DNA of 60,377 nt, filler included, from Sluysia triapertura (Eukaryota), in assembly GCA_046118255.1 (NCBI GenBank). It is 4 parts of 4 records of this genome, joined end to end, with 100 filler letters (N's around TTAATTAATTAA, not from the genome) between each part and the next. Parts side by side here need not be neighbours in the genome. Positions count along the whole stretch, not along the records: positions 22,313 to 33,913 come from JBJNIA010182958.1; positions 34,014 to 46,241 come from JBJNIA010127742.1; 2 more parts are not named here. One strand, given 5' to 3'. Shown one piece after another: positions 26,488-39,500 of this stretch. Both the position numbers and the translations under genes were made by a program. Within the stretch, counting starts at the first letter, position 1; each line of letters starts with the position of its first letter. Under the pieces are notes generated by a model. That model was not told the origin of the DNA and did no database searches. It worked only from the letters and a program-made list of their open reading frames with translations.

Positions 26488-26559
<72 letters not shown>
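26488..26559. repeat. (AAT)n immediately followed by (ATT)n: inverted microsatellite
   Basis: Seen directly. Confidence 0.9.
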
Positions 26560-26637
26560 CATATATATTAGAATTTATAACCTTATTAAATGTTTATTTA
26601 TTAAAGCTAAAAAAATCATGATCAAAATTAAACTTAC

Positions 26638-26781
26638 ATTGCGCTTTTCATTTGGAGATAAAATGTATCCTGACGGACTCACTTCTAATTCACCTGCGTC
26701 GGTAAGTCCAGCTTCCATACCTTCGCCTTGCTGACGTTCCGATTCTGTGGGTAAAACTGGAGTAGGCCATGATAAAATCTT
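26638..26781 (-). CDS. GCC2: GCC2/GCC185-like golgin, exon 2
   Basis: 144-nt phase 0-0 exon (tttcaacAG, GTAAGT): KILSWPTPVLPTESERQQGEGMEAGL... The R..GEGME motif is one I recall from GCC185 upstream of its GRIP domain. Confidence 0.75.
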
Positions 26782-27859
26782 CTGTTGAAAAGTTAATGTA
26801 AATAAATAAGACATTTATTTTTATTTTCACTTTACTTTTGCATTATATTATGTTTAATTTACGTTAGTGTTACCAAATCAATGAAAGTGAAAAATGAAAC
26901 GTATTTTGTTTGAATAATAATAATAAAGTAAATATTATTTTTAAACTCAAAATTACTATTTCATCCTCCATTCTGATACAAGAACTTATGAGTTTAATCT
27001 TAAATAATAAACACACTAAATTTATTGATAAAGAAAAATCAAAGTTCCAAAAACCTTAAAATTTAGAAAGCATTTGCTTTAGTTGCGTATTGTCTAATAC
27101 TAAATTTTGTATTACTTACACGTGACTTTATTTATATAATTTTGTTTTATGTAATTTCACATTTTTTGTCTTTTATTAAACAGATTTCGATATTTTGCCT
27201 CAAGATTTCTATTTTCGTAAAAATCAATAAATATCATTTTTTTGGAAGTGACTGCTTGAAAATTTCTGACATTCATGAATTCCCTTACCGTTCATCTTAA
27301 AACTTTAGTTCTCTTCAATGAAAACGCGCAATTTGATTATTTCTGAAAATTAGATAACTAACAAGTTTTGCAAACGTTTCATTTCCTCAGGTGCAAAGTT
27401 TATTTGCTACATCAGTTATTACTTTTATCCATTCGAGCGATTTTTTCTATTTTTGCATTACTGGATTAAAAATAGAACCACTTAAAACTAAAAACATCAT
27501 CTAAAATAATTCTCACCAAACTAAATTCAAGTTTCTGGATTTAGAAATGTGAATGTGAAATAGTAATTTTAAGTTAGAAAGGAAATTTAGAATATAATTT
27601 AGAGTATAATTTAGAATATAAAATTATGCAATGTTTTATATTTAAATTAATTATTCTGATCAAAAATTTTAATTTATTTGCTTAAAAATATATTTTAACA
27701 TTAAGCAAATCATTTACAATAAAATGAAAACTGAAAGTCAAGTTAATGTATTAGATTTTTTAAAATAAATTCATTACTGAGAACTATAAAAATGATTATT
27801 TTTGATTTTATATTTTATTTTACTGAGAAAATTTTCAAAACATTAAAATTAAATAAAAC

Positions 27860-30517
27860 CAGATTATAATTTGTGGATGGTGTAACGTTATGAGGTGGAT
27901 AGCTTTGCTGTACCGATAACTTAACTTCCAATAACTGTAACTGTTCTTGAAGGTCTCTCTTTTCCAGTTCGAGTTGCAAACTATGATTCTGGATTTCTTG
28001 AATGCGAGATTCCAATCGGCGTATTTTACCTTCAAATTCAAATCTGTCGTTTTCTATTTGTGTTTGGTAGTATTTGTCCAGTTTTTGTTTTTCAATATTT
28101 AACTGTTCTGCTAAATCTGTGAACTTGTTAACATGGTATTCTAGTTCTAGTAATTGTTCTTGACAACTTTTTAATTGGTTACATATTTCTGCTTTCTCAT
28201 TTGTTAATGTTCTATGTTTATTAATCCAGACTTCGTTATCGCTACGACACCATTCTAAATCTTCAGTTAATCTCGATATACAATCTTCATAGGATTGAAT
28301 TTCTAGTTTCAATTCATCAACATCACCTTTTAAACTTTGGATTTCTAACTGATATCGTTGTATAAGTAATTGGTTATTATTAGAATCTGATTCAGTGGAT
28401 AAAGTAGATTTGTCCAAAAAATCTGAACCGAAATTCGATGTCTTAGATGTAGATGAAGCAGTATTAAGAAAATTACTGAATGTTGTATTTGATTTGTAGT
28501 GCACAGAATTCAACACTGTTTGTGCTTTAATTTTATATGATTCAAATTCATTTTGAAGCAATTCCAAACTTTTTATTTTATTATTGAGTTTTTCATACAA
28601 TGATGCAATTTTAGACTCTTTACCTTTCAATAAATTATCGTACTTGGTTTTTTGATTTTGTACTTTATTTAATGCGTCCTCTCTTTCTTTAACGTAATTA
28701 CAAAATTGATATTCTAATTCCCCTATGTTTTTAGTCAATATTTCTACATTTTGAAGTCGTTCTTGTTCGATTAATTTCAATGCATCAAATTCCGTATTCA
28801 ATTCGGAAAATTCTTTTTTAGTTTTTACCAGTAATTGCTTTAATTTTTCATTCCGTGTCTCTAATTCGATTTTAGCTTGTTCTGTTTCCTTTAATTGACT
28901 TCGATTGGTTTGTAATATTTGTTCCAATTGCAAAATTGTTTTAGTTTTATCTTTTAATTGAGTATTTAAGTTACGCAAGGTTTTATCAATTTCAACCATT
29001 TCCAAATCTAATAAATCGGTTTTAGTAGCACTTTGTTGAGCTTGCACAATTTGTTCATCTAAAAGCTTTTGCTGCTTCAATAGTTTAGCATGTTCTTCTT
29101 GAGAAATTTGTTTTAAATTATCAATTTCTGCTTGAAGATTTTTAATTTCTGTTTTATGATTCGCGCAATTACCAAATTCCACATCACTAATTCTTATCAA
29201 AAGATTGTCTATTTTTGCTTGAAAAAATTTACAATTATTATCAAACAATGAATACTTTTCTTTTAGTTGTAAGAAATTATTGAACAATTGTTGTATTATT
29301 TCAGCATCACTTCCATTTTCACTTAATTCTTCTTTAATTAATGATATCAAAGCTTCAAATTTAACATCTGGTTTCGGTACATAACTGCAATATTTATCAC
29401 GAAGTTTATTTAACAACATTTCATCATCATTTATATCATAAAAGTCTTTTAGTTTATCTAAAATATATTTACTTTGTTGTTTTTTATCACAATCACTTAA
29501 TAAATTATCGATATTAATAGTAATCTCTTGCAAATTATCCTTTAGATTTGAAGAATTTACAGAAAACATAGTTTTTATACTTTCTACAAATTCATTTAAA
29601 ATTTGATAGTTTTCATAAAAATCGTTGATAGTTTCAAAATTATTATTGTCTCCTTTACTTACTTGATTTTTCAAATCATTCAATTCTTTAACAATATTTT
29701 GTATTTTCTTTACTACATTAACCATCGACAATTCCCTATCAGTTAAATTCAGTTCATTTTTTATCGTTTGCAAGATGTTTGATTCATCGTAAATTATTTT
29801 TGAATTTTCAACAGAAGCATTACTGCCATTAAAAAGCTGCAAATTATCTGATTTATTTATTTTTAGATTTTCGTATTCTCGACGGATTTCTTCTTTTTCT
29901 TCTGAACGTTGTCTAAAATCAACTAGTTCGTTTTGTAATTGATCTCGTTCTACCTCTAATTGACGTGAAATATTACGACTTTCTTCAATCATTTCTTCTA
30001 ATTGACGTATTTGAGTATTACGAGATTGTAGTTTTTCTTCTAAATCACATACTTTATTTGTTACAATAGACATTCCATCTTTTAATATTGAATTTGATTC
30101 ATAATGTTTATTGACTTCATTTAAAAAAATTAATATAATATTCCATTTTTTATAACTATCACTAATTTCTGCATTATCTAATAAGATTGGGATTTCATAA
30201 TTTTTATTTTTAATTAAACTTTCAATTATACCAAAGCACTCGTTGGTTACAGCATTAATAGATGTTTTAAAATCTTCATGCATAACTTTGTAATTAGAAT
30301 TATCATTTTCAATATTAATATTGGTCGAAAGGCGAGTAATTTGTTCAATTAATAGTTTATTTTCTGATTCCTTTTTTTGAACTAAATCCTTCAATTCTAA
30401 AATAATTTTATTATTTTCTTTAGTCAATTTCTTTTCTTTTAATAATATGGTTTTTAGCTTTTTAATTGTTTCTGCATCAGAAAGATCATGTTTCGGAGCA
30501 GAACTTGAATAATCCAT
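27860..30517 (-). CDS. GCC2: GRIP and coiled-coil domain protein 2 (GCC185)-like golgin, large exon 1
   Basis: Long coiled-coil ORF with GCC185-type motifs KLKQLLVKTKKE and EFESYKIKAQTVL. Probable phase-0 donor CTG|GTTTTA at 27860/27859 (the ORF runs to 27815 if unspliced). GRIP exons were not found. Confidence 0.8.
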
Positions 30518-31026
30518 ATTTAATATTATAATTTAAAATACATTTGAATGTAATTTTAAAAAGTAATTTACATGTAATAATAATGAAACCGTAGTTATAT
30601 AAACTAATTTAATTAAATATTATTTTATATGTTGTATTTAATGTGATTTATTATATTTCAATTTTATATAGTAAAAAATACACATTAAAGGTACACATTC
30701 AAAAAGGTTTATGTGGAATAACTCGATTTGATTGATTGAAACAATTTTATAGTGAAATAATTAATTTTTTTAATATTTTAAAATATTACAAATTAATAAT
30801 ACTATTATTAAAAAATATAATTTTATTTATTACAGGATTATCATATAATTTTTATAACAGGACTATCAAATATTTACTTTTTTAAAACTATTTTTAAAAA
30901 ATATGTTAATAAATTTTTATAAGTATTATTAATTTAATAAATAATATTTTATGAAATTATCTTTTATAAAATTAAAAGCATCATTTTATATTCATTTTCA
31001 CAATGATCTATATTTTATAAATAATT
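30518..31026. promoter_or_regulatory. Putative bidirectional promoter GCC2/ANKRD40
   Basis: Divergent start codons 509 bp apart. Confidence 0.55.
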
Positions 31027-31653
31027 ATGAATTTTGAAGATATTAATGAAGAATTACGAAAAGCGTGTTGTGAAGGTGATATGGAATTATTCAATAAGAT
31101 GGTAAGTAAAGGTGCAGAAATAAATAGTCAGAACATTGTTAATGGTATGACAGCTTTACATTGGGCTTGTTTAAGAGGTCATAGTTCGATTATTAATAAA
31201 TTAATACTTTTGAATGCAGATTGCAGTATTCCTCGTGAAGATGGAAAGCTGCCTGGAGATTTACTAAAATCAAATTTAAATTATAATTTTCCTGTTTCAG
31301 ATAGTAATAAAAATGATAAATATGAATCTTTTATACCCAGTTACTTAAAGTTTCCAGATTTTCCTTACTTAAAAATGAATGATCGTAAAAATACAAATTC
31401 AGAAACAATTCAAAACAATTTGAATGATTTTATTACTATCAGAGCTAAATTAGAAAGTGATTCTGATTACGTCGAAATAGATATTTCAAAAGACATTCCA
31501 TTTGATTCGTTCAAAGCACTGATTAAATCAGAGTTGTCATTGAAAAATGATATAAAATTAATTCGTAAGCGACCAAATATATTAGTAAGAAAAGAAACTG
31601 ATATTAAACGTCTTGTAAATAATACTGAATTAGAAATTGAAATTGTGGAATGA
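31027..31653 (+). CDS. ANKRD40: Ankyrin repeat domain-containing protein 40 (single exon)
   Basis: N-terminal ankyrin repeats (EELRKACCEGD...INSQNIVNGMTALHWACLRGH), FIPSYLKFPDFPY, and C-terminal DYVEID...IRKRPNILVRKETDIKRL...ELEI, matching the ANKRD40 architecture. Confidence 0.92.
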   Translation: MNFEDINEELRKACCEGDMELFNKMVSKGAEINSQNIVNGMTALHWACLRGHSSIINKLILLNADCSIPREDGKLPGDLLKSNLNYNFPVSDSNKNDKYESFIPSYLKFPDFPYLKMNDRKNTNSETIQNNLNDFITIRAKLESDSDYVEIDISKDIPFDSFKALIKSELSLKNDIKLIRKRPNILVRKETDIKRLVNNTELEIEIVE

Positions 31654-33842
31654 TTTTATATATTAATACATATTCAGTTACTGTTTTTTAAATATATTTA
31701 TTTATTTACCTCAATTTTGATTATCTGCGTGTCAATGTAATAAAGTAACTGTTTTATTTTATCCTCTTAATTTTTTTCTGTACATTAAAGTTATGGTTTT
31801 GTCTATGAAAACGATTAAAGGTGTCATTTAAACTGTTCTTGGAATAAACATTTTAAAACTAATACACATGTTTTAAAGTTTTGATGTAACGCTGAATGTG
31901 AATTACCCAATTCGACATAGAAAGACAAAAATAAGTAGTTAGTATGTTGGATATTCCAAAAAGGTAAAAATACATAGTTTCCTTAGGGATATGTAATGCC
32001 TCAACGAAGATTTGTAGTATATTATATAAAATTAAAGTAACAAAATCTGTTATATTCTTATATACTTCAATAAATTTGAGGAATTTGGGTATAATTATTG
32101 ATTATTTAATTCTGATATAGGTTTATTATTTAACCATTAATTTAAATCTATTTAAAATAAAATTATTTGCAAATAAAATTAAAATAATTATTATTAAGAT
32201 TGTAATGCTTTGTATCAATTTAAAATGAGATTTAATAGAGTTAATGTAAATTCAAAATTTAATAAAAAATAGTAACTAATTTTAAGTAGAAATTAAATAA
32301 ATAACCATCTTAAATGAAAAATCCATAAAGAGAATCTAATATCAAAAGTTAAAAGCATAAAATCAAAGAGAATCTTCTAATTCAATTTTCTATTTAAGTT
32401 CTTGATTACAAACTATTACTAAGTTTTGATAATGTTAAGATTTGGTAGGTTACCTTTAAAAGAAATGTAACAAAATTAATTTTAGTGAAAATTTTTTACT
32501 TTTTCATTAAAAAGATTGCAAGTGTTTGTACTAAAAGTTTAAACTTATATTTACAAAATGACTTATGAAAGAGAGTTCGCCTAATATATGTGACTTATAT
32601 CTGGTCGAAGGCCGTCTATTAGGATTTTACAAAAATGTAGCGAAATTGCTCTAATCATCTTAACATACTTATTAAATCAAATATTATTTACTAATTTAAT
32701 TTTTAATAATCATCTATTATTTCGAAATTTTTATAATTTAAATTTAATATTATTGTTGGTGATGTCGGAAAATAAAATGACTGAAAGAAAATTGCAGCTT
32801 CAAGGTAAAGGGATCAATATTTTATAAAATATTCCAAACAATTTATAAGTATATTAATTAATTAACTTAATTAGAATTGTTTGAAAATCATTTTAATCAA
32901 TAACTTTTCTTATGATGTATGCATGGAGATGGGTATCACAGATGATAAAATACAATCATTAAATGTATCAATGTTATAAACACCAAGATAGTGTGAAACA
33001 CGTCAACGTGGATAGGGTAAAATCATTATTTTTAATTATCTTTATTATAAAGTTAAATTTTTACGTATTATAATGAGCATACATAATAAAAGTATATATC
33101 AAATTAATGTTCATGAAGATATTGACGTGAGACGTATCAGTAACGTGTTTCGTATTATATCATAAGTTATTATTGAAAATTAGTTTTATAACTGATTAAA
33201 TTTTTATTAAAGTTAAGTTAATCTATTGTTGTATTGATAAGTATTATTATAACTGTAATCTTAAATTTTAATTTTATTATGTCCAAAAGATAAGAGTTTG
33301 TTTGCCACAAAACTCATTATCTTTGGATAAATGCTACATAATATTAAGACGGAAATTTATATTCAAATTTGATTAATTAAATTGGTCGGCATTCACAATA
33401 ATTAAGTCGAATTTCCGACTTTCCAGCAATTATCCAAACCATATATCCATATATAATTATCGAAATTATATAAATGACCACATTTTTATATCATTAGACA
33501 CAAAACAGAATAAGACTTTTGCTGTAAGAGGCTGATTCAAAATAGTAGTGGCAAACGCTGATTGAATTTTAAAATTCTTTAGAAATCAGACTAAATTTTA
33601 TTAAAACAACCAATTTATTTGTGGTTAGGTGAGTCTGAGATTTTGTTATTTGTTTATTGTATTTTGGGTACTAACATTTATTTGTGTTGTAACCCTTGAG
33701 ATTGAGTATTGTAATTGAATTTAATTTTATTAATTGTCGTAAAAGACTGTCTTATATTGACTTAATCATTATTTGATTTTTATTGAGATATATTGTAATA
33801 TAATTGTAATATATTGAGATTGAAACTCATTCAATTATCTTT

Positions 33843-33843
<1 letters not shown>

Positions 33844-33913
<70 letters not shown>
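33844..33913. repeat. (AAT)n microsatellite at gap edge
   Basis: Seen directly. Confidence 0.95.
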
Positions 33914-34013
33914 NNNNNNNNNNNNNNNNNNNNNNNNNNNNNNNNNNNNNNNNNNNNTTAATTAATTAANNNNNNNNNNNNNNNNNNNNNNNNNNNNNNN
34001 NNNNNNNNNNNNN
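33914..34013. other. Assembly gap with six-frame stop linker
   Basis: N44-TTAATTAATTAA-N44. Confidence 0.98.
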
Positions 34014-34043
34014 ACAATATAATTTAATTCAAAGGACAAATAT

Positions 34044-34046
<3 letters not shown>

Positions 34047-34087
<41 letters not shown>
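34047..34087. repeat. (AT)n microsatellite
   Basis: Seen directly. Confidence 0.95.
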
Positions 34088-34091
<4 letters not shown>

Positions 34092-37000
34092 TAATTTTTG
34101 CTTGCGCAACTGCTTATAAAACATGGTTTAAGTAGGCAGCTTTGAGTTTAAAAAATCGGTTTCCAGAACAATTTGCGGTTCGCATACCAAAGATTAATTA
34201 ATTAATAACACTGATAATTTCTTTACTCAATGAACTTTCATTAGATAAGGTCATTTTATTTCTTTAGTAATTTAGTAATAAATAAATTTTTTTATTTAAT
34301 CTTAAAATTTTATTAAAAATTAAATATTTTGAATTTACATTACCATACATAATTTAAATTACCATACACACATATTTCCATACATAATACCATACATACT
34401 TATTAATACATAATTAATACTTATTTTACGAATGATGTAACTAAGACACGATAATTGTTCTTTTTTTATAACTGCTTTATTTATTTCATTAGCAGTATCA
34501 AAACATAACATTCTTTTATTAACATCTCTTTGTAACTGTAAGATGAGATGAAATTTATAATTTAATAAAGGAAAATATTAAAAGAATTTAAAAATTATAC
34601 AAAAACAATCAATAAATATTATATTTTCATTCTTAAGAGACTAAACACAATTATTATTGCAGATTATAAGTTGTAAATTCAATATCAACATATTCTAAAT
34701 TTCGTGTAAGAATTTCATTTCTCTGCTTATACTACTTAAAATTTCTCTATCGTAAAGATATTCCTTGGTCAATAAATGAAAAATAAAGAAATTTACCTAT
34801 TTGTTATGATTAATAAAATTAAAAGTGTATTAGTAAAACGTGTATAAATATAATATAAGATATTAATGTTAATAACCCTTATTTTCCTTCTGACTGTTTA
34901 AAAAGCACTTATATTTGGATATAAATTTCATATCAAGTAAGATTTTACCAATCTTTTAATGTAACACAAAATGTATTTGGTATATTTCGAAAACCACTAA
35001 AAACCATAGTGAAAATAATTTACAAATAAAAATTGTTGAATTAATAATTTTATTAAAAATTTAACAAATAAAATCATCACAGAGTAAAAAACAATTTAGA
35101 TAAGTCGAAATAATTTATAAAATGTTATTATCTGTTATAAATCAGCAGCGTGAATCGATCTTTTTTTTCAAATCAAAAAATATCTTGCGGATAACTGTTT
35201 TGCACAACAAAATATTTAAATAATGTTAAATAGATTTGATTTTATAATTACTGAATACATTTAATAATTTGTTTTGTACTTAAATAAAATATAAATACAT
35301 TTTATTTTTTATATTAAATAAATTATTTTTAATAAAAAATTTTGATAATTATTTATTTTAAATTATGCAATAATTATTTACAATAATTTATGATTATATA
35401 TTTTATACAATTACGTGTTTCATAAATAATATTTAAATATTTATTTAAAAATTATCCAAATTAGAAACAATCATAATATGATTTTAAAAAAATTTTTATT
35501 TTGATTAGTTATACAAAATAAATACAATTTATTTATTATTGTAAATATTTTCTCACATAAATACTGTCTTTTAATTTATTTTAATTGCATCTAAATTTAG
35601 ATTTAATATTACATTTTTCAGTTATTCCTGAATTAAATTTATAAAAAGGATATAATAGAATTAATATAATAGGGATTAATTGTATCGTCAAAAAATATAA
35701 ATAAAAATTGAAAAGACTATCAAATATTTGAAAAGTTATTAATATAAATATTACAATTAATGATATGGATTTTAATAATTGTCTATAGAAGTGTAAAAGT
35801 TACTATTAATAAAGAATAAATCAACAAAAATATTTTTTCAATTAAAAAGATATCATATAATGTCGTATCTAAAAAATTTTGTCGGTTGTCAATAATAAAT
35901 GAGTAATTCAGAGATGTTTACTTTATGGAAATACTGAATATATATTGGAAATTATAAAAAACACGGAAACCATAATGATTGTGCCTTCGATATGTAACAA
36001 TTTATGCAGAATACAGAATGATAGATATTTTTTCAAAAATCTAATGAAAACGTATCAAATTATTGAAAGCTTATGATGACAAAGTTCTTTCCATTTCAAA
36101 GATATTACGTTGAATGACGCATTCTAAGGGTTTCTGAGTATTCCTTTCATAATAAATAATGGTGCTATTTTAATTAATAATAATTATTAAATTAAATAAA
36201 TTATATAAAATTATAAAGTTAAAAAGAATAAAAATATTAAAATTTTATGAAGTAAATAAATAAATCAGGTAATAGAAGAAATAATATTTTATAAAAATAA
36301 TTAGGTTAAAAGATTTTAAATATAAATTAATTAACTCTGTGCATATTAATATCGATAAATTAGAATGTTATATATTTATGATAAATATTAAGCAAAGCAG
36401 AACAACAGACTCAGGAAAAAAAAATAATTAATTAATATGTTAATTATTTTATTTGTTTACATTAACCTTCACTGTTTAATAATATTTATTTTTTGCATAA
36501 ATTAGACAATGAAAATAATAACAGGTTTATATCTGTACATCAGTGAACTTGTTAGAGGATGATGTGTAAATAAAGTTTCACTAATTTGTAAAATAATGAA
36601 AAGTGAGAATAAAATGGACAATAATTAAAAAGTAAAATAAACATTATGATAAATTAGAATATTAGTATGTCTGATAATTGAGTGAGATGTTTAAATAAAA
36701 ATGAAAAAAAACCTTCATTAAAGTTTTAACTTTGAAAATAATCAAAATGTACATTTAATCGTTTAAAAATCATTTTAACATAATAGCTTTGTTTATAGCA
36801 CGAGAATTTGAGAAAGCTCTTATGAATATAGAAATAATAAAGTTAAATTTATGTGTTATAATTATCATACTTAATACAACTTCGATGATCCCATTAAAAT
36901 AAACAATCTTTTGTTGAACTTTATTTACATCCGGTGTAACACCGCTTTTCTTCGTTAAATTTTTTCAGTCAATTTAATAATTTCGGTCAGATATATATAA

Positions 37001-37719
37001 AGAACTCCTCATGCTAATGTGAAGACTATGAAGGTATGAAATATTATTATATTATATAATTTATTTTAAGGATAGTTTTATATTAACGTTTATTGAACAT
37101 TGATTAATAAATTTGTTTAGCTCAGCTTTATAAAATATACAAAATGAAAAAAAATCGAAACTAATCGAATAAACTTCATTTAAAAATAGAAATGGTTGCA
37201 TGATTTCTTTCTCTGGTTTATATCATCATTTAATGTTGGATCTTAAATAAACATGTCAGTCATAAGATTTATACAATGTAAAATTATCAAAAAATATGTG
37301 TGAATACATTAAACATTTTAACAGTAACCATGAAACATCGAAATTTGATAAATCAATTAAAATGATTGATATTTTACATATATTTAATAAAAAAAATTAA
37401 ATTTTCAGCTAATAAATCCATTTTTTAAGCAAAAATAAATCAAAATTTTTCAGAAATAAAGTATACAAGAATTTTAACTGTAGTTAAGGCTTATAATATT
37501 GATTTACCTTTAAAACCAGGTCGATTAAATAAACAAAAATAAATGTACTTTAATAACTAAAAATGAATTTACAAACGGTACTGATGATGATCGAATTGTA
37601 GAGTCTCTTATAACAAACTATTAGGTAGTTATTGTTTTGGATAAGAGCGAAAATTCAAGTAACTTAAATTAAAGTATTAAAATATTCGGTACAAACAAGA
37701 ACAAAATAATCATATTTAA

Positions 37720-37775
37720 CACGTTCGCTGCCAAATATGATTTATCTTAAGTAGAGGTTTGTGTTTCTGAACGTG
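37720..37775. mobile_element. Tiny piggyBac-like MITE remnant
   Basis: TTAA-CACGTTC ... GAACGTG-TTAT; only a 7-bp TIR and an imperfect TSD. Confidence 0.35.
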
Positions 37776-38850
37776 TTATAAAAGAATTTCTAGTTATTTA
37801 TTTTTGAAATTATTTTATTTTAAAAATAACGATAAAGAGCATAATTAAAGCAAAAATTGTTTAAGTTATTCAGATATTTTTAAAATAAAAATATATACCA
37901 ATATATCATCAGTGAAATAACAATACATATTAAATAGAAAGAACATTATGGTTAAATAATTTTCTAAAATTTGTGTAGATTTCATTGAAAGTTGAGCTTT
38001 GATATTTGGAAGCTTGTATATTTGTGATCTACAAAAAGTATAAGTTGGAAACAATGAAAACAGTTAAAACTAAATGACAACGTAAAGGTTTTCAATACAA
38101 ACTTTCAACATCAAAGATTTTTTTACTTAAACGTTATAAAAATTAACGAAATTTGCTCATAATTTCTAATTTTCATTAAAACATATTGGTTTTTGAAAAG
38201 TAATACACCTTTGTCTATAAAACTCCTTTTTAATAACGATACAGTTAATTCGAATTCTGTTATCGACAAATTTAGTTTATATTGATTTGCACTTATTGAT
38301 GCATTATTGATTACAATTAAAAATAATTAATACTTACGGCTTATTCTGTACATGTAGATATATTATACTTTTTATACTTTAGAATCTATTGTTATGTCTT
38401 ATTTTAATTCAAATGTTATTAAAATCTATTCGTTAAAGAAATTTAATAAGTATAAGGAAAAAATCAATAAAATAATGATAATTCTTTCTTTTGTTACATT
38501 AATTATTAATTAATATTTATTAAGTGATTTTACTATTGATTTTATCAGTAATAATTTAAATTACTGGAAAAAGTGTTAATTTATTTAAATATAATTTTAG
38601 GCTTAAACAAACCTTAATTAATTTTAATGAGTAATTTCTCAAATATCTCCTTTATTTATAATAAGATAAAGTTCTTCCATTGTAAATATGTAGCTGACAA
38701 TAATTTAGTGTTCCTGATACTACATTATGATGTTCTAATTGTTACAGCTGACTTTTGTGTCAGATTGTAATGAATTAAATTGAAATTTCAGTATAAATAG
38801 CAAGTTTTGTAACGAGTTTTATGATAATATTAATAAAGCACTGGACTTAA

Positions 38851-38853
<3 letters not shown>

Positions 38854-38890
<37 letters not shown>

Positions 38891-38912
38891 TATTATTATT
38901 ATTATTATTATT
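38854..38912. repeat. (AAT)n/(ATT)n inverted microsatellite
   Basis: Seen directly. Confidence 0.9.
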
Positions 38913-38919
38913 AAGTTTA

Positions 38920-39052
38920 GAGTTGTGATGCACTCTAACACATCAAAGTTTTACGTTTCTAAATTCTTTAATCAGAAGTTTGATTTGAGTTGTGATGCAC
39001 TCTAACACATCAAAGTTTTACGTTTCTAAATTCTTTAATCAGAAGTTTGATT
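38920..39052. repeat. Exact tandem duplication, period 67 bp
   Basis: gagttgtgatgcactctaacacatc...cagaagtttgatt occurs twice. Confidence 0.9.
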
Positions 39053-39500
39053 GGATTGGATTTTACTCTAAATTACTCAATAGGCTGTCCCACTGGATAC
39101 TTTGTGCTGTTTCTCTTAACAAATTAACAAATAACCAGACGTCATATTTATCGAGTAACGTGATGAAACTTGTCAAATACATTGTCAATATGGTACAGCA
39201 TAAGGATCAAGATATTCTAAGCTGTGGGATTACAACATTTTATGGACTTTTCTACTGATTCAAAGCATATTTCTAAATGTAGTAGCAGATTAATGTTCAG
39301 ATCAGACTAATCGAGGTACATTTCGGTGAGCTCGAACTTAGCACAGATGAAGTAAACTATTAAGTAATTTTCGATAAAGTAAAAAAGAAAATCCCATATT
39401 TCTTTTCTTCCCCATATTTCAGTGAAGCACTGCTAATTTCATTGCTTCTGGGCCCATTGCTTATTCTATCGTGAACAGAGCATCTAAAGAAATGTGATAT
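39050..39500 (+). mobile_element. Possible decayed LTR-retrotransposon pol (RNase H-like) remnant
   Basis: Higher GC; broken frames including FSTDSKH...SSRLMFR, loosely like gypsy F..TDHK...RL.RW. Confidence 0.25.

Noticed and set aside
27835-28041. Overlapping 68-aa ORF within GCC2
   Set aside because: Alternative-frame shadow of the real coding exon.
33282-33326. Small imperfect hairpins (also ~18902-18950 and ~56435-56512)
   Set aside because: Short, imperfect and single-copy in the window; cannot be distinguished from MITE debris or chance.
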